Below are positions 58,977-64,000 of a DNA stretch of 64,000 nt, in pieces. Made by a program: the position numbers and the translations under genes. The notes under the pieces were generated by a model. The model ran no database searches. It saw only the letters and a list, made by a program, of their open reading frames with translations, and was not told the DNA's origin. This DNA is from Eledone cirrhosa (lineage: Eukaryota). The stretch covers positions 88,536,001-88,600,000 of the forward strand of contig OZ024741.1 of assembly GCA_964016885.1 (NCBI GenBank), in the 5' to 3' direction. Position 1 is the stretch's first letter; every line of letters begins with the position of its first letter.

Positions 58977-60424
58977 GTAAGCGAGATTTCTCCTGTTACA
59001 TGTTTCTAATCATAATGTGATATTTATTTCAAGAAAACCACAATATTTTGTTTTACATGTTGAAAATTTTTTTGCCATATTCATCTATTTCATTTTCAAT
59101 TTTAATTATTTCAGTTTTATACATTTTTCTTTTATTTTGTGATAATACTTAATTGTTTCATTTTTAATGCAGTTGTGATAAAAATAATTATTCGACTTAA
59201 TATAATTATTATATATCGTTGAAGGAATTAATTAAAAGCTTCTTTTCCTCAGTTCCAAAAACTGATTGGCAATACTTCAAATTTGTGAGAAGTTCTAGAT
59301 ATTTCATAAAGTTTCCCTAATTTTCTTTTACACTTTTGAATATGTTTTTATTATTTACGAAATAAAATACGTATATATGTTTAGGTAGATATAAATTCTT
59401 TTTATTTAACTATAATATATAAAAGCATACATAGAGGCTGCAAGAGAGTGAGACAAAAAAAAGGTATGTTCTTAGCTACCGCATTAAGAAAATATAGATA
59501 TACAGGTGTGTTTGAGAGAAAGTAAGATTGATGAGACCCATGGACATTTATATAGGATTTTAGATTGCTTACTAAATTCCTTCCATAGATTTTTATTTCA
59601 TATCTAATGAGCTTGGTGGGTCATTTAATTTCATAAAGTAACCGTGTGACTGGCAAAGTTCCTAGAAAAATGAAGTATTATAAATGAGTATTTAGGGCAC
59701 CCAGTAGGAACGCATGTTACCTCGAGCGGTGGATTCTACACTACCTGCTTTATGCTGGCGAATTCAGAACGTCGAACAAAATGCTTGCAGACTTTCATCT
59801 GCCCGTTGTCGATAAAGTACAAGTCAAGTACTGGAGTTCGATTATATTCCTATATAATCGAATCAATTACTTTATGATGTTGAATGATAACAAATAGGGT
59901 AGGGCTTTAGTTGAATAATGTCGATCAACTAATATTCAAGTAATTAATAGATACCCACAAAACTCGATCAAAGGATATTTAACATATGAAACAATAGTTG
60001 GCTTTGATAAAATATTTATAACAATTTTCTTGATTTAATAATAATCTTTTCAACATTTTTCATAATTTTTCAGATTAAACTTTGGTCGGTTTGTTAGTTG
60101 GAGGTCAAGGATAGAAACATTTAAGAGTTAGTGTTCTATATGGCATCGAATTGATCGAGTTGTTAAAGTGTCGAAATTAACTTTGTTTTTTATTTCTGAA
60201 AGGCCAAGAAAGAATGTTTACATATCTTCTTTCACAATTAGTCTTTCACCACAAACAGTTAGCACGAGAAGAACGAAAAAAACCCATTAGCACGAGGGTT
60301 TATAACAATGAGGTTCATTGGAAACTTGTTGCTCGCGGGGTCTTCGCTCATAACTTTTGTTGAAAGTTCAGAAATGCTCCCAAGGAACCAATTATCTTTG
60401 TTTCCAGCGTTGATACTATATATA

Positions 60425-61975
60425 TGATGTGTGTTGTGTTTGTTATTGGTAGTAGGGAAACAGATGCGTGAGTGTATTTCCGTGAAACATATACATATAC
60501 ATAAGGTCCGCACACAAAAGAACCTAACTCTCACTGCTCCCGTCTCTCCCGCTCACCCCATCTCTTACTATTATGAGCAAACGGGGGCCCATGCACTGGC
60601 CGCCCCGTGGTCCCAGCAGAAAAAACCGAGAAGGCGTTTCCCCGAAGGATGGTGAGAGAGACGCACTGGAAGAGCCATTGCAGCCCGCGAGGCTCACACT
60701 TGCGGGTAGCAAACTTTGTGCCGGTGGTGGTGAGTAGGGAGGTGGCCCTAGGGACAAGGACATCAGAAGTCTCCACTGCTATGGGCTCCACCGCAAACCT
60801 GTCGGAGAGCGACCGATATTTGGAGAGTTTACTCTCCTCGGTTGGAAGAGCCTGGGTTAGTCGCAGACTGCACCAGGTTGCCGCTAGAGAATCTATCGCT
60901 GCATGTGGCATCCCAGATGAGGGGTTTACCACCGTGGAACGAGAAGATAGTCAGCCGTCCCCTCGGCTCGAGCTAGGAGAGGAAGCCTGCAGCATCCAAG
61001 CCATGCTTTATGACCTCGTTGAGAGCAGCATGGCGCGGAAGGCGGTCGGCACTGTAGCGACAGGACAGCGGATGGAGGCTGAAAGAGTTTACGGTGGATC
61101 CGCAGCAACATTTATGTGGTTCGCAGATCTGGAGGACGAGCCTCAGGGAAATCCCGATTCGCAGTCTATTATTATCCAGCTGCGTGCCAGTTAAAAATCA
61201 GGGTAAGGTATTGATCTAGTCACCGCTGTGGGGTTGCGAGGCGGTGCTGGTCGAGCTGGATGGCATCCCATATGCTCTGGGGGAATATGACAAGGGACGT
61301 CTACTAGGCTGAATTCGAGCCGGTTCCAAGTCTTGCAGGCGGCCTCACGTTCCTCGATCACAGTGGGTTGCATTTTGTTTTGGAGAACTCTGTTGAAGAG
61401 GATGCGGTGAGAGGTTACCGACGAAAGAAACGCCGGCAAAACCAGCGAGACCGGAGACCAAGACCACCATTTCTAACAGGTAAGGTAGTCTGTTGCCATC
61501 TAAAGTCGTCAAACCTGACGTTGCATATCTCCTCAGCTGCCGCTCGGATACAAGTGTCGAGGTCAGTGAGGAGAAATGCGTGGCTGTAGTAAGGAGAGCA
61601 GCTACGAAGTGTATAGAGGAGCTTCGAAGCAGTTCCTCAACAGGAAGAGGGCTGGATGGGCGTCAATCATGCCCAGTCTGCTTGTGAGGGTCCTGAGCTG
61701 CTGGAGCCTGGACCTGATGGTAGAGCGGATGGCCGGTGGGAAGATCGGCGACCCGAGGATGAAGACATCTTTCTTGGTTACCTGCACCTGGCGGAGAATG
61801 GATCGCACATCCGAGACGGAGGCTACAAAACCCTCTGCTTCGTGGTTGACATTCACCACCTCCGACTTCGAGGCCGATTCTCGCTAAAGCAGGTCGTGGC
61901 AGACAGTCAATACTGGCCCGCCCAACGTCGCATCATCCAGGTACCAAACGTTGAAATGAGCCGCGATGTTCCGAG
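60425..61975 (-). mobile_element. Second, divergent CRE-clade-like non-LTR retrotransposon, 5'-truncated
   Basis: Minus-strand FNVWYLDDATL, ILGSPI, HPALFLLRNC, GGLGL, EESKLSKY..L..RFAVEPIAVET, WLFQCVSLTILRGNA. Confidence 0.85.
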
Positions 61976-62239
61976 CTATATGCAGAAACTGTCTGTGGCT
62001 CTCGATATGTCGCTTACTCCGATGTTATTCGCATAAGTACAAAAATTCTAATTAGAAATACTTATGGGATGTGGGAAACGGTTAAATCTTATTTTAGAAA
62101 GCGTAATTGACGAAAGTAAACTAAGAAAGGTGTATTCTTTTATTTACCAAAATAAATTAGGAGATGCGAGCTCTCTACAAGACAATAGAAAAAGAGCAAC
62201 ATAAATACAATATCACAAACAATAAACAGAGCAAACTAA

Positions 62240-62690
62240 TCTATAATCTCGTTATAATATATAACCAGCAATTTCTCTGTCTGTCTGTCTGTCCGACAGT
62301 GGAAACACGTGCGCGCGTGCGAATGTTTTTTGCGCACGCGAAAGAGTGAGAGTGAAAGAAAGAGACAGACTACGAGAGGGGGATAGCGGGAGGGAGAGAG
62401 TGAATAGACGCTAAAACACGTGCGCGCGTGCGAATGTTTTTTGCGCACGCGTAGAGAGAGAGAGTGAGAGTGAAAGAAAGAGACAGACTACAAGAGGGGG
62501 ATAGCGGGAGGGAGAGAGAGGGGAATTGAGGAGTGCTACAGAAACATATATACATTTCTGTGTGTGTGTAATATATATATATATACACACACAGAAATAT
62601 ATATATATATACACACAGAAATATATATACATTTCTGTGTGTGTAATATATATATATATACACACAGAAATATATATACATCTGTGTGTG

Positions 62691-62747
<57 letters not shown>

Positions 62748-62827
62748 GAAATATATATACATTTCTGTGTGTGTAATATATATATATATACTAGCAGAAA
62801 ACCACCTGGTGGGCGGTTTTCTGCTAG
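62240..62827 (+). mobile_element. Helitron-like non-autonomous element with internal tandem duplication and (TA)/(CA) repeats
   Basis: a|TCTATAAT start, (ctgt)n, terminal palindrome ending CTAG|t. Confidence 0.5.
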
Positions 62828-63755
62828 TCTATATATATAAAACTGAGGATGTCTGTCTGTGTGTGTGTGTGTGAGTTTGAATCCCTAAAACTCGAGAACC
62901 ACCCAACCGACTGTTTTGAAACTTTACACATGTAATACTTATGTTTCAGGGAGTGTTCTGAGCAAAGAAAATTTCAAATTTTCAATGCCCTAGGGACCGC
63001 ATTAGGCGATTTAGCAATCTCGCTCTATAATTCTTAGTCTTTCTCTTTTTAGATAGATACATACATATAACGTCACACCCTTATAATATCTGTCTGTATG
63101 TCTGGCTGGCTGTCTGCATTACGTCACTTCCCCGAGCATGTCTGTGTGTGTGTGTGTCTGAGTTTGAATCCCTAAAACTCGAGAAGTACCCAACCGATTT
63201 TTTCAAACTTTACATGTGTATTACTTATGTTTCAGGGAGTGTTATGCACATAAAAAATTCAACTTATTGATCTCCTAGGGCCCGCATTAGGTGAAAAACT
63301 GCGTTTTAAAAGCTTTTTAGGGTTTTTTGAGAGGTTACGCCAGACCGATTTCCTTGAAATTGTAACTATGCATTAGTCAGTCTCTTCTTCATACCGCGAG
63401 CAAAGAAAATCCAACATTTTTATGGCCTAGGGCTCGCATTAGGTGAAAAACTTCATTTTTTTTTAGCTTTTTATGGCTTTTTGAGGCGTTACGTCTAGCC
63501 GATTTTCCCGAAATTTCAAGGCATATTATGCACATAAAAAAATTATTTTCTTGATCCCCTAGGACCCACATTAGGTGAAAACCTGCATCTTTCCTGCTTC
63601 ATTGAGAAAAATCTTAAAGATTATCCAGCCATCAGAGTATTAGGTTTATTTCCTTTACATTTTGTCCAGGCATGCAGTTTTTCCACGATTAGGTCTGTTG
63701 GCGGCCCGCGTTCCTAAAATACCTTATCCCGTGCAACGCCGGGTACCACTGCTAG
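62828..63755 (+). mobile_element. Non-autonomous Helitron
   Basis: 5' TCTATATATATAAAA; internal repeats (atccctaaaactcgagaa twice; ctaggg.ccgcattagg four times); 3' hairpin cccg-tgcaacgc-cggg then CTAG|T. Confidence 0.78.
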
Positions 63756-64000
63756 TAATAAATATAACAGATACAGTATAACAAATTTCAATCAATTTAA
63801 TGTGATAAAAAGAATGTAAATAAAATAAGGACAAAATTAAATTGCTACATATACACGAGTTAAATTTTTGTTAGTAGACCTTTTTCTCGAAGAACGAATC
63901 AGCTCGTATTCTGCGAGTTACACAACGACAATGCCACGACTTTCCATCAATGATCCACACACTGGCAGCTCGCCTAACACAGGCAACCGGCGCCTCAAAA

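Noticed and set aside
62370-62874. YIYI/CVCV-rich ORFs
   Set aside because: Translations of (TA)n and (CA)n microsatellites.

Overview
Repeat-dense, AT-rich animal nuclear DNA, most likely an octopod cephalopod (inferred from the tRNA-derived SINEs and (ATG)n-tailed RTE LINEs; not proven). Most of the window is transposon debris: three subfamilies of an RTE-clade LINE with a PHD-type C4HC3 finger inside the RT region, other RTE-clade LINEs (two with 5' inversions), two CRE-like restriction-endonuclease LINEs, a Penelope-like RT/GIY-YIG fragment, a hAT (Charlie/Buster) relic, a deleted pogo/Tigger element, Helitron-like and TTAA-flanked MITEs, SINEs and several fold-back palindromes. Host-gene evidence is limited to one convincing start-codon exon (minus strand, 6422-6498) and two candidate non-coding first exons. 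Best leads: (1) minimal hammerhead ribozyme motifs, including a mirror-image pair in a ~570-bp inverted repeat beside the Penelope fragment; (2) a TE-poor 35-37.7 kb region with several GC-rich structured islands; (3) the PHD insertion in the RTE RT; (4) one short module reused as LINE 5' UTR, LINE 3' UTR, SINE body and minisatellite. No prokaryotic-type system is present. All alignments and folds were made by eye and boundaries are approximate.
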